Part shown: piece by piece, positions 11,430 to 21,515 of the stretch | How positions within the stretch are numbered: the first letter of the stretch is position 1 | How the letters are laid out: each line of letters begins with the position of its first letter | Assembly (NCBI GenBank): GCA_013265495.1 | Contig: MU058781.1 | Location: 11,825,009-11,889,008, forward strand | Source of the DNA: Vicugna vicugna | Lineage: Eukaryota | DNA: 64,000 nt | Reading direction: 5' to 3' | Made by a program: the position numbers and the translations under genes | Notes under the pieces: model-generated | What the model was told of the DNA's origin: nothing | What the model saw: the letters and a program-made list of their open reading frames with translations, nothing else | Databases searched by the model: none

Positions 11430-13487
11430 GTAAGAGTCGCGCGTTTGTTGATTTTTCCTTATGTCTCTGCGTCCCCCTCACCTCCACCTCCGCCTCCCTT
11501 CCCACCTCTGCCCCCCCGCACGTCCCGCCGGGTCCCGGCGCCCCTGGGGTGGGAGTGGAGTGGGGCAGGGTCGCTGGGGGGCGCCGGGAAGTTTGTTCCC
11601 GTGTGACCGCCTGAAAAGCCGAGTCCGGAGAGGGCCGGCGTGGGGAGGACTCCGGAGCCCCCAGGCGCCTCCTCCCTCCGCGACCTGGGGGCCCAGGTTG
11701 GTAGAAGAAGGGGACGGGCTGCCTGGGTTTGAGGAGTTCTGGAAGCCAGGAGAAACCTTTGCAGCGCCCAGCCCAGTGCCCCAAACTCGGCAAGTCCGAG
11801 CAAACCCAGGACCAGGACGGCTGGCGAGCGCGCAGTAGGTCGCCGCCGGCACGTGTCAGGAACCCCCGGCCCCCAGAAAATACCCGGCGGGAGGTGCCCC
11901 TCTGCTGTACAGACTTGGAGGAGGGGGCGCTAGTCCGGTATAATGACTGAGCCTGGCAAGGCGTGGCTTCGCATAGCGAACTGGGAGGGAAAGGGTTACA
12001 GGACTGACGCAAACTCGGGCCAGGAAATTGAGGGTTAATGATAAAAGCCTTATTTTAATAATAATTAACCTACCGATTCTCCAAACCCCGGATTTCTTAG
12101 GGAACCCTTGTGTGGTACCCTATACAAGGTGACCCATTGTTTGTGTCCCTTGAGGTTTGTTTTTTGGCGGGGGGAGGAGCTGAATATTTTGTCTTGGGGT
12201 TTAACTTAATTATGTGGCGGGTTAAAAGGCAGAGTTAAAATGAGCTTTGGGGGGAAGAGTGTATTGCAAACCAAGTGTTTAAGCTTTTGTGTGTGTGTAG
12301 CATGTTGTATTGTAACAAGGTACGTGTTTGCGCGTGTGTTTTGAGCCCCAGTGACCTATATTCCTCACTGTACCATCCTTGGCACACTACAAAGCTCAGA
12401 AAGATGATTTTTAATTGGTGCTGACAACGAGAGGAGCTCTAACCGCGCATTCATCTGCAGTTGAGGAATTTGCCCCCCTTGTTTCTCCTTTTAGCCATAG
12501 TACTTTGGAGGAGTTTGTGTGTGCTCTTCCATTTAGTGACTGTTAACTCAGCAGGTGAAACTTGATGAAATGAAGCTGTTGCTAGGTTTGCATGGAAGAT
12601 GGAAGCTTCTGCTTTTGTTGAATGAAAAAAAAAAAAAAACTCCAAAACCCAGCTCTTTACCAAATTTACGGTATAAAGTTACACCTACTCCCACAGTCAT
12701 ACTTCTGCCTCTTCCCTCCCTAACCCTGTAGAGTCCACTGGGAGTGAGTGGTCCATCCAGTTCTGGGAGGCTGAGGTTTTGCCAGTAACCTACTCGGAAA
12801 AGGAAACAAATGCCCAGAGCCTCTGAAGATGACTCCAGAGGTCCTGACAAAGAGAATTTGGGGTAGAGTTGCCTTGCTGGCGGGGGATGAGGATAACTAA
12901 AGAAGGTGGCAGATTTTTAAAATTACTTGAGCCTGGTAATGAAAAATATAGGTAATGACTTAGACCCAAGAAAAAGGGTGGTGAAGGTTGGGATGGAAAT
13001 ATGGTACCTGGTTTATATTGATGGTTCTCAAATAAATTCTTTGGCATGTTTTATAAGTTGAATTTAACCCTTATCTAGAAATGGAATTTTTATGTTTATT
13101 TAGTCCTGCCCATCTGACGTTATCTTTCAACCAGGTAACGCATGTTTTTGTGATATGCTCAACATGATTTTTCTGGGCTTTTAAATGGTAATGAGTCTGG
13201 GCTGGGGGAAATTTCTGCATCTGCTTTTCCCTCTAATTTCAAGTGCTCACAAGCATTCTGCTCTCATCAAGTCAAAATGGCAACCACGTGGAAACCTCAA
13301 TGTAGTTCCTGAAGCTAATCCCTCAAGGCAGTTAAAACACGTGTTGTGTATCTTTCTGATTATTGAAGTAATACAGGCTTTTTATTAAAAAGTTTTTATT
13401 AAGTGCAGAGAATGAGAATATATGTCACCCATAGTACCACTCCAAGATAGCTACTTATAACCTATTGGTATGTAACTTTCCAGTCTT

Positions 13488-13533
13488 TGTGTGTGTGTGT
13501 GTATAAATATATATATATATATGTATATATATA
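13488..13533. repeat. (TG)n(TA)n microsatellite
   Basis: tgtgtgtgtgtgtgtataaatatatatatatatatgtatatatata. Confidence 0.85.
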
Positions 13534-13654
13534 TTTTAAATCGAGGTATAGTCAGTTTACAGTGTTGTGTCATTTTCTGGCATACAGCACAATGCTTCAA
13601 TCATACATGGATATACATATATTCATTTTCCTATTTTTTTCATTGTAAGCTACT
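13533..13654 (-). mobile_element. Short 5'-truncated lineage-specific L1 3' end
   Basis: aaatcgaggtatagtcagtttacagtgttgtgtc..., reverse complement of the L1 tail near 16000. Confidence 0.8.
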
Positions 13655-14269
13655 TATGTGTATATACTAAGTCAATTTCAGATGCTCATTTCCCACAGTT
13701 CTTAGGGGATGGAGGAATAGCCTGTCCCTGTTTGGGGTTCTGATAAGATAGGAAGCTACATAGAGAACTCCCTGTGCAGTGAGCTCCCCCACAAGTCCCC
13801 TTCCCCCCACCCCCAAGAAACATTCCATCTCATTGCTGTTCCCTGAATGAACTCCTTTCTCATGTTCTCTGCCCTTCTCTATGCTGGCAATACCCTATCC
13901 TCCCCTCCTGCACTCTTCTCTTAGTGGCTCTAAACTTGTTGTGCTGGGTTTCCAATAAGAATATTTTGATCACCCTTTAATAAACATTTATTTGTTAAGC
14001 TGCAATGCCTACTTCATTTAGTGTGTATAATCTAAAGCATAAACTGAAACATACTGCAAATAGGCATGAAAATTCTACTGTTTTCTTTCTGCACTTCAAT
14101 GGATTGTAATGTATACTTTGTTTTGGAAACCAGTGGTCTATTTCCTACTCCAAGATTCAGCTCAGGGGTCCTTTCTGTCCCCTCCTACATGAAGTCTTCA
14201 TGTATCTCCTTGGTCGTGATCTCATGGTAGGGAGTGCAGATTGGTCTAGTGGCATTAATCCAAGTCTTC

Positions 14270-14380
14270 CACTAGATTGTAAGTTCCTGTGAAAGGGGCA
14301 TCTGTAGTCCAGCACCTGGTAAAGTACTTGGTACACAGATTATTTCTGTGTATATATATTTGTTGAAAATCTGAATAAAC
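14270..14380 (+). mobile_element. L2 3' end
   Basis: ccactagattgtaagttcct...cagcacct...atatttgttgaa. Confidence 0.7.
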
Positions 14381-14589
14381 TGAAATGATTATAATACACA
14401 ATAACAGAGCTGTGGGGGTATAGAGGAATTTGCTATGTTTGGAAGGAAAGTAGGATCTAACCTGGAGGAGAATAGGGAAAGTGCAACCCAGGAAAGAGAA
14501 TGATATATACAAAATCCTAGGGGTGTAAAAGATGGAGATGATAAGGTCTTTAAGTGTGTTCTGAGAAATTAAGCTGAAAAAATGTGAAA

Positions 14590-14950
14590 GGCCTTGAGTG
14601 GCATGCTGCAAGGTTTGGATTCATCCAGAAGTGACTGTGACTCATAGAGCAAGAGGGACGTGGTCAGATCAGTGGCTGTGGAAGGGTCACTTTGGTTCTG
14701 GAGGGACCAGGGGCTGCTGATAGCTTGGAAGTCATGGGCTTAGTTCTGATGAGAGATTCTGAGGCCTTGAAAGCAGGGTCCGGCCCTGGGGGGTCAGAGC
14801 TATTGACGGGGTAGTTCTAGGAGAGGAGGTGACTGTCTATCCGAGAGAAAGGAGTTGGAAATAAACAGAATTTGTAGCTTCATTTGGGGCCAGAGGTGGG
14901 GCAGGGAAGACAATGAGTTTGATTTGAGACCTGTTCAGTTTGGGGGACTC
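14590..14950 (-). mobile_element. L2 fragment
   Basis: Purine-rich; gtggtcagat...gatgagagat...aatgagtttgatttgagac. Confidence 0.55.
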
Positions 14951-15427
14951 ACAGGAGTCCCAGGAAGACCTTCCCACCACTATCCCACTTTTCAAGTCTC
15001 CCCTTCTCTCTCAGTTCCTCTTTCTCCATTGCCTTTGACCACTCTTTGGAGAGTGTTGTGCTGTGATGATTTTGGAAGGGCAGATGGCCAGGAGCAACCT
15101 GGCTAAATTGTTTGGTCTATGTCAGGTTCTTTGCCATAATTCCCAGCCTTCATGTCAAGGCACTCCTAGAAAATGATAATATTCGCATGGCATTGTCATG
15201 AACACAGAGTCTGGGGGGGACCAGACACAATCAGCCAAGGGAGTTTATGAATTCCTCTTGTGCTTATGGTCTGCCTGCAGTAGAGTGCCCTATGGTGCTG
15301 CCTGACGTTGCTCTTTTTAATTTTCTTGTGTATGCATCCTGTTTGCCCAGCAGGATTATATCATGCCCTGTAAGGACTGCTGTTATGTCATATGCTTTTA
15401 TATTTGCCTCAGTATCTGAGCACAAAG

Positions 15428-16055
15428 AAACTCTAATTCGAAAAGATACATGCAGCCCAGTGTTCATAGCAGCATTGTTTACAATAGCCAAGACATGGGA
15501 GCAGCCGAAGTGTCCATCAACAGATGACTGGATAAAGATGTGGTGTGTGTGTGTTTATATATATATAAAATGGAATACTACTCAGATGTAAAAAAGAATA
15601 AAATAATGCCATTTGCAGCAACATGGATGGACCTGGAGATCATCATACTAAGTGAATTAAGCCAAGAAGAAAAAGAAAAATACCATATATCACTTATATA
15701 TGGAATCTAAAAAAAAAAACACAGATGAAATTATTTACAAAACAGACAGACTCACAGACATAGAAAACAAACCTTATGGTTACTAGGGGGAAAAAGGGGG
15801 GAGGGATAATTTGGGAGTTTGGAATTTGCAGATACTAACTACTGTGTATAAAATAGATAAACAATGAGGCTGTACAGTATAGCCCAGGAAACTATATTCG
15901 ATACCTTGTAATGGCCTATAGTGAAAAAAAATATGGAGAGGAATATATATGTATAAATGAATCACTATGCTGTACACCAGAAATTAACACAACATTATAA
16001 ATCGACTATACTTCAATAATAAAATAAGATAAAATGCAAGGAGGAAAAAAAACAA
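15428..16055 (+). mobile_element. 5'-truncated L1 (ORF2 C-terminus, 3'UTR, A-rich tail), sense to CARMIL1
   Basis: KDTCSPVFIAALFTIAKTWEQPKCPSTDDWIK is the L1 ORF2p C-terminus. Tail cttcAATAATAAA. Candidate TSD gcacaaag/gcataaag. Confidence 0.93.
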
Positions 16056-16230
16056 GGCATAAAGTAGGTGTTCATTAAATACTGGGTGACTGATAACGAT
16101 CAAGCTTGCTAAAAAGAGCCAAAAAAAAAATAAAAACAACCAAAAATATTATTTTAAATGCTCTGCCCCCCACCCCCATGCTTTTTTCTTATTAATAAAA
16201 GAATATAACAGAACTATTCCCTTCTTTCAG

Positions 16231-16328
16231 AAAGCGTAAAGGATGTTATTGGCCGAAAGATAAAAATTGCATTGAAGAAGAAAGTGAAATTGGAAGTTAA
16301 GGGGGACAAAGTTGAAAACAAGGTGCTG
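16231..16328 (+). CDS. CARMIL1: CARMIL1 coding exon 2 (98 nt): (E)[32 protein letters not shown], entering the N-terminal PH domain
   Basis: Acceptor ttcccttctttcAG| and donor CTG|GTAAGT. Joins exon 1 in frame (G+AA=Glu14) and matches recalled [33 protein letters not shown]. Not in the ORF track because it is spliced. Confidence 0.96.
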
Positions 16329-17360
16329 GTAAGTATTAATGGTTTTTAAAAAAAAGTTTGAAGAGGTTTTTCCCTTCATTGTTTCGATTGCCTGATTTTT
16401 ATGCACCACTAGTTCTGTGTTTATTTGTTTAAAAGTTCTGGTGCCTATTTTGTCCTAGGCTAACTGGAATATTTGTCCCTGGAAAATTAAAAGTAGCATA
16501 ACTTAAATTTTAGAGACTGACATTTTTTCAGAATTGTCTTTCTTAAAGTCGTAAAAGTCACCCACAACCAGGTCACCTCCTACAGACTGTTTTCAGGTTC
16601 TTCAAAGTTGGATGCTAAATGGAGCTTACTTACCTTTGTTACAGCTGAGTGCCTGTTATTATTTGTAAGGATTGAGGGAGGAGTTTAAAAATTCATATCA
16701 TGTCAGTTTAATTATTAAAGTTTCTCAAATTTTATGCGAGCATCCATCTCAGGGTGATGAGCTGAGAATGTGAAGAAAACATTTGTCGTTTTTACCTTGG
16801 TTTGTGGTGGTTTGGAGGGAAATGCCAGCTGGAGGCAGTATCTACTAGTGCTGAGATGGGGCTGGGGCAGGGGGGTTCCCTCCAGCTTGTGGGGGGAGTC
16901 GCTGGGGTCCGAGGGCTTGGGCCTTGTTGGGCACAGAGTTGGTAGGGAGTTGTCAATGCCTGAGTGGTACCTTTAGAAAGGTGAAAGGCCTTTGGTGGTG
17001 TTTTAGTGGTTTCTATGTTGAAATTGTGGCGAACCTTAATTGAAGCTTAGGTAAATACATCTTGTTTGTGTTTTTATTGGAGAGAATCCTCTGTTTATCT
17101 TTTTGTCATTAGGAGTTTTGAAACATGCAAAAGTAGAGAATAGCGTATGGAACCTTGTATACTTTTCTTTCATCTTCAACAGTTTTTAGCATTTTGCCAA
17201 TATTGTTTTCTTTCTCCACATTTTTTTCCCCTTCTGGGGTATTAAAACAAATCCCAAGAGTGTGTCATTAAAAGAGCATATTTTTAATATTCTATTTCTT
17301 CAGTTGAAGTTGTGACAGAATTTGAAGTATCTTTTCAATATCATCAGTCTCAAGAATCTT

Positions 17361-17487
17361 TTTTATTTTATCTTTTAATTTTTTTTAGGAGGGGAGGTAT
17401 TTATTTATACTGGAGGTAGTGGGGATTGAAACTGGGACCTTGTGCATGCTAGACACACACTCTACCACTGAGCTGTACCCTCCCCCC
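17361..17487 (-). mobile_element. tRNA-Ala-derived SINE (Vic-1-like)
   Basis: Reverse complement GGGGAGGGTACAGCTCAGTGGTAGAG...CAATCCCCACTACCTCCA plus AT-rich tail. TSD agaatctt. Confidence 0.88.
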
Positions 17488-18631
17488 TGAGAATCTTCTA
17501 AAATACCTGACTGCTTTCCCCTGGAGATGGAAGGATTATGCTGTTGATGGATAACTTCTACTTCTCAGTGGATATGTTAGGATGGCAGAGAAATGAAAGT
17601 GGAAAAACTTGATTGTGTGACTTTTGCCGTGCAAAAAAATGTGTTCATGTAGATTGCATAATTAAGGTTATCATAGCAGAAGTGGTTAGTGCCATCCTTC
17701 TGCTTTATTTAGCTTTAATGAAGAGTACATTTCCTTAGAGCATGCTTTCTTTAATATTGTTCAGCCATACGATAGAGGTCTTTTTTGGCAATGGTCGTGT
17801 AGAGAGAAGAAAGTTTGTTTCTGCCATTTGTTGTTTCATATATTTACAGTAACTGATCACAAGATGAATTCAGCTGTCTACAACTTAAATATCAAGTAGA
17901 ATTTGCTGCAACAGTCTAACATGGTACGTGGTATTATTTGACATGGATACTAATCAAAGTAAAGATAAACCCATGTCATAAGTCAAATTTGCAAAGTTTA
18001 AATCACAAAGACAAATTTAAATGTCCTATATAATAAAGTTAGCACCATAAAAAATAGTTATGATCAGTTCTTACTGTTAAGATTTTTTGAGGGGGGCTCA
18101 TCTTAACATTAGTTAGAGTTAAGATTGTAACCAAATTACAAATGTATTTGAGTTTAAGTGTATTTGAGTTTATCTCCCCAAATCTGGAATCCAAGCAGTT
18201 TCTAGTGACTTGGTGTAAACTTGTTTTGGCTGTTCCTTACTTGCATGGGCAGGAATTATTTATAGAAACATTCAAGGTTTCACAAGCTTCAGGTTTGAGC
18301 AAGATGGTCTATGAATTATCCTCCTTTAAGTTGTTGATTTTAGAGTTTATGAATTTAGAGAAATTCAGCTACTTAAACTAAAACACTGGGGGATTCTCCT
18401 GATAGTTTGCATTTCTGAGTTTCTTTTGGCTGTCAGTCCAGTAAAATAGGTTATAAATGAGTTGACCCAATACTTTCAGTATTTATTTTTTTGACTTTTA
18501 TTTCTTGTTCCTTTCCCCCAGTGCCTTCTCACCCTTGGTGTTTTTCCTTATAAAGCTGAGAGTATGTTGTATGTTACTTGGTTCCTACTTTTTGTACTTT
18601 GAGACTTTATACTATTTCTAGCTTATCTTTT

Positions 18632-18738
18632 AAAAAAATATTTATTTATTTATTTTAATGGAGATTCTGGGGATTGAACCCAGAACCTTGTGCATGCTGG
18701 GCACGTGCTCCACCAGTGAGCTATACCCTCCCCACATC
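18632..18738 (-). mobile_element. tRNA-Ala-derived SINE (Vic-1-like)
   Basis: A/B-box head. TSD gcttatctttt at 18621-18631 and 18739-18749. Confidence 0.9.
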
Positions 18739-18792
18739 GCTTATCTTTTGTAGAGCGTTTTTCTTCATCTTCCTTCTTCTCATGGTCATAAG

Positions 18793-19032
18793 AGCTACTG
18801 TTTATTGAACAGGGACCAAGTGCTAGGCGCTCTGCTGAACACTTAATTATACATCGCCTTATTCGATCTCACGGCAGCCCTCTGAGGTAGACACTATTTA
18901 CATCTGCATTTGAGGAAACTGAGATTTGGAGAGGCTAGAGTAACTTGCTTCAGGCTGTCTAGCTATTTAATGACAGAGCTGAGATTTGAACCCAGATCTG
19001 TCTCACTCAGAGTCTAGCTGTTTCACCCTTAT
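18793..19032 (-). mobile_element. MIR SINE, near full length
   Basis: tgaggaaactgag...taacttgc...gagatttgaacccagatctgtct. Confidence 0.85.
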
Positions 19033-19159
19033 GCTCCAAATAGAAAGAAAACTTCCTTTGGCTTGTTACTCAGTGGTTGCAAACTTTCAACCAATGATGG
19101 AGAAGATTTCGACCTTAGAAGGATTAGTGCTCCCTGCGTTAATTTGATTGATACGTCAA

Positions 19160-19500
19160 TTTCTTCCATACTTGTTGAGTGTCTATTGTGGGCCAGACAC
19201 ATGGTATGTACAAGATGGACAGATTCTGACTTCCTGGAATTCAGAGCTCAGTCCAGTTGGGGAGATCAACATCTCAACAGGCAGTGCTTTGAGATGTGCT
19301 ATGAGCAGGATGATTGGGGGCTAGGGCAGCACATGACCCACGGTCCTGAGGGCATGGAGGGAAGCCGAAGCCGACGCCCAGTGGATGAATAAGAGTTGCT
19401 AAAGGAAGAGAGTAGAGACATGTTCTAGACAAAGGAAACAGAATATGCCTGGAAGCCGTAGAGAGCTTAGCATGTTAGTGAAACAGATTAAGTACAGCTG
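19160..19500 (-). mobile_element. L2 3' fragment
   Basis: catacttgttgagtgtctattgtgggccagacac...gagctcagtccagttgggg. Confidence 0.6.
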
Positions 19501-19669
19501 GACCGAGGGGTTCAGGGTGGAGAATGGCCAGCGTGAAGCTGATTCCTTTCCTTGTAGTTGGGTATCAGGTAAAGTTGGACTGGTTAAACAGGTCTTTTCC
19601 CACTACCTGTTTCCAGTGCCCGTCAGCTGAACTTCCTCCTCCCCTCTTTAGGGAGGCAGAAGGGCTCAG

Positions 19670-19880
19670 CATTTAGGACTTGGACCTTGGAGTCACACCT
19701 GGTTCACACCGCAGCCCAGCCACTTTATAACGTTGTTAAACCTCAATTCCTGTCTCTCGTGAAACAGGCCTTAGAAGAGTATCTGTTTGTAAATGGCTTC
19801 TTTGAAGATTGACTCGGATGTATTTTTAACACTGCTTACTTAGCACAATGCCTAGCACATGAGAAACACTCAAAAAATAA
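19670..19880 (+). mobile_element. MIR SINE
   Basis: ggagtcacacctggttca...acttagcacaatgcctagcacat...actcaaaaaat. Confidence 0.65.
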
Positions 19881-20089
19881 TAAAGCAACAGTTTTCTCAG
19901 TGGCACAGAAAATGCCCATCCTTCCAATGCCCATTAAATATCCACTGCTTTTATTGAGAGGTTGAACTTAGTTCATCATAAGGCCAGCATTTATTTATGA
20001 TTTGTGGTACCTTTTTAGCAGGATAGGGTGCAACTGACAAGATCCAAAATTCCTAAGGTATGTGCTGGTCCAGAGAAATTAGAAAGGAT

Positions 20090-20282
20090 AGAATGTTCAG
20101 CAGGGAAAGTGTTCTGTGGTCAAATAGCAATCAGGTGTTACACAAGGATAAACCGGTGTCTTTACTGCATGGCTTTGATTCAGAGTCTTTAATGCCGTAT
20201 GTGCATTGTAGATTTCTAAGTATGAGATAAAGTATACTGTCTTTCCCAAACTTATATGAAATGACCGTAAGTTAGGAAACTG
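20090..20282 (-). mobile_element. MER103-like DNA transposon remnant
   Basis: gttctgtggtcaaata...tctttactgca...tcagagtctttaat...tttcccaaactta. Confidence 0.55.
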
Positions 20283-20609
20283 GGATGTAGCAGGCCCATG
20301 CTGGTGCCTTTGGGACCAGTTAATAGGAAGACAGAACAGGCTCTCCATCATTGGGAATGTTCTCCTAGGGAACAGTTGTTTGGCCTGTATTTTTATCTAA
20401 GTGGCGGGCAGGTCTGCTGTAAGCCACATCCTGGCGCCATGTCATCTGTTGCTGTAATAATATCTTTCTGTCTTGTCTTTAGGGGATGTTGTTAGGAAGT
20501 GATTCTGTGTTTCTTAGACTCTTGGTCCTTCCTCCTATTTGCTAATTGACTCTTCACCCAGTTTTTGCAGTACCTGGACTTTTAAAAGCGTAATTTAATT
20601 TCTGTATTT

Positions 20610-21515
20610 TTTAAATCAAACTTTGCATTTTCAGATATTTGTAGATTTACATGCAGTTGTAAGCAGTAATGCAGAGAGACCTTCTGTATGTACCCTTTAT
20701 CCAGTCTCCCGTAACTTGCAAAATTACGGGACATGACCACAAACAGGATGTTGACACTGATGCTATAAAATGCAGAACGTTTCCATCACCACAAAGCTCC
20801 CTCCAATTGCCTGTCATGGCCACTCCCACCTACCTGCCAGACTGCTAGTCGCTGCGGATCTGCTCTCCATTTCCGTAATTTTATCACTTCAAAAATGTTA
20901 CATAAGTAATCACACAATGTATGCCTTTTGGGATTGGCTCTTTTTGCTTCGAAGAATTCCCTGGACATTCATCCAAGTTGTTGTATTCTTTGGGTTTTTT
21001 TTCTTTTTGCTGTGGCGTATTGTGTGGCATGGATGTACCACAGTTTGTTTTCTCGCTCACCCATTGATGAACTGGTAAGTTGTTTCCAATTTTTGGCTCT
21101 TAGGAATGAAACTTATATAAACATTTGTTTCCAGATTTTTGTTGTTGTTGTTTGGTGGGTTTTTTTTTTCTTCAGAGGAGGAGATAATTAGCTATTTTGT
21201 TTACATATTTATTTTAATGGAGGTACGGGGGATTGAACCCAGGACCTTGTGCATGCTAAGCATGCGCTCTGCCACTTGAGCTATACCTCCGCCCCCTGCT
21301 GTTTCCACGTTTTTGTGTGAACATAAGTCTCCATTTCTCCCTTTTAAATGCCAAAGAGTGTAACTGAGGGATGGTACAGGAATTTTCTGTTTAATTTTAG
21401 GAGAAACTGTCAGATGAGTTTCCAGAGCGGCTGTATCATGGTGTAGTCCTCCCAGCAGTGTATGTGTGTGTGATCTAGGCTCTCCAAACCTGTGGTGGCA
21501 TTTGGTATTGCCTGG
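20610..21515 (-). mobile_element. L1MC-like 3' region interrupted by a SINE
   Basis: gtagatttacatgcagttgtaag...tttccatcaccacaa...ggatgtaccacagtttg...ttttccagagcggctgta. Confidence 0.85.
21143..21296 (-). mobile_element. tRNA-Ala-derived SINE (Vic-1-like) nested in L1
   Basis: Well-preserved head. Imperfect TSD tgtttccagatttttgt / tgtttccacgtttttgt. Confidence 0.9.

Larger units (their letters stand above)
10300..12020. promoter_or_regulatory. CpG island / CARMIL1 promoter, 5'UTR and start of intron 1
   Basis: Abrupt rise in GC and CpG density, GC boxes (CCCCGCCCC), TCTCGCGAGG at 10831-10840, no obvious TATA box. Exact TSS cannot be read from sequence. Confidence 0.92.
11430..16230 (+). other. 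CARMIL1: CARMIL1 intron 1 (GT-AG, ~4.8 kb)
   Basis: GTAAGA at 11430 and polypyrimidine-CAG ending at 16230. Confidence 0.92.

Noticed and set aside
11430..11614. Continuation of the 74-aa ORF starting at 11390
   Set aside because: Read-through into intron 1; homology stops at the donor and continues in exon 2.
10381..12012. Many long overlapping ORFs (up to 256 aa) on both strands
   Set aside because: Stop-codon scarcity in a GC-rich CpG island; low-complexity P/G/R/A translations. Only 11390-11429 matches a known protein.
15247..15591. 114-aa ORF with recognisable protein motifs
   Set aside because: C-terminal L1 ORF2p remnant fused by chance to upstream sequence; not a host gene.
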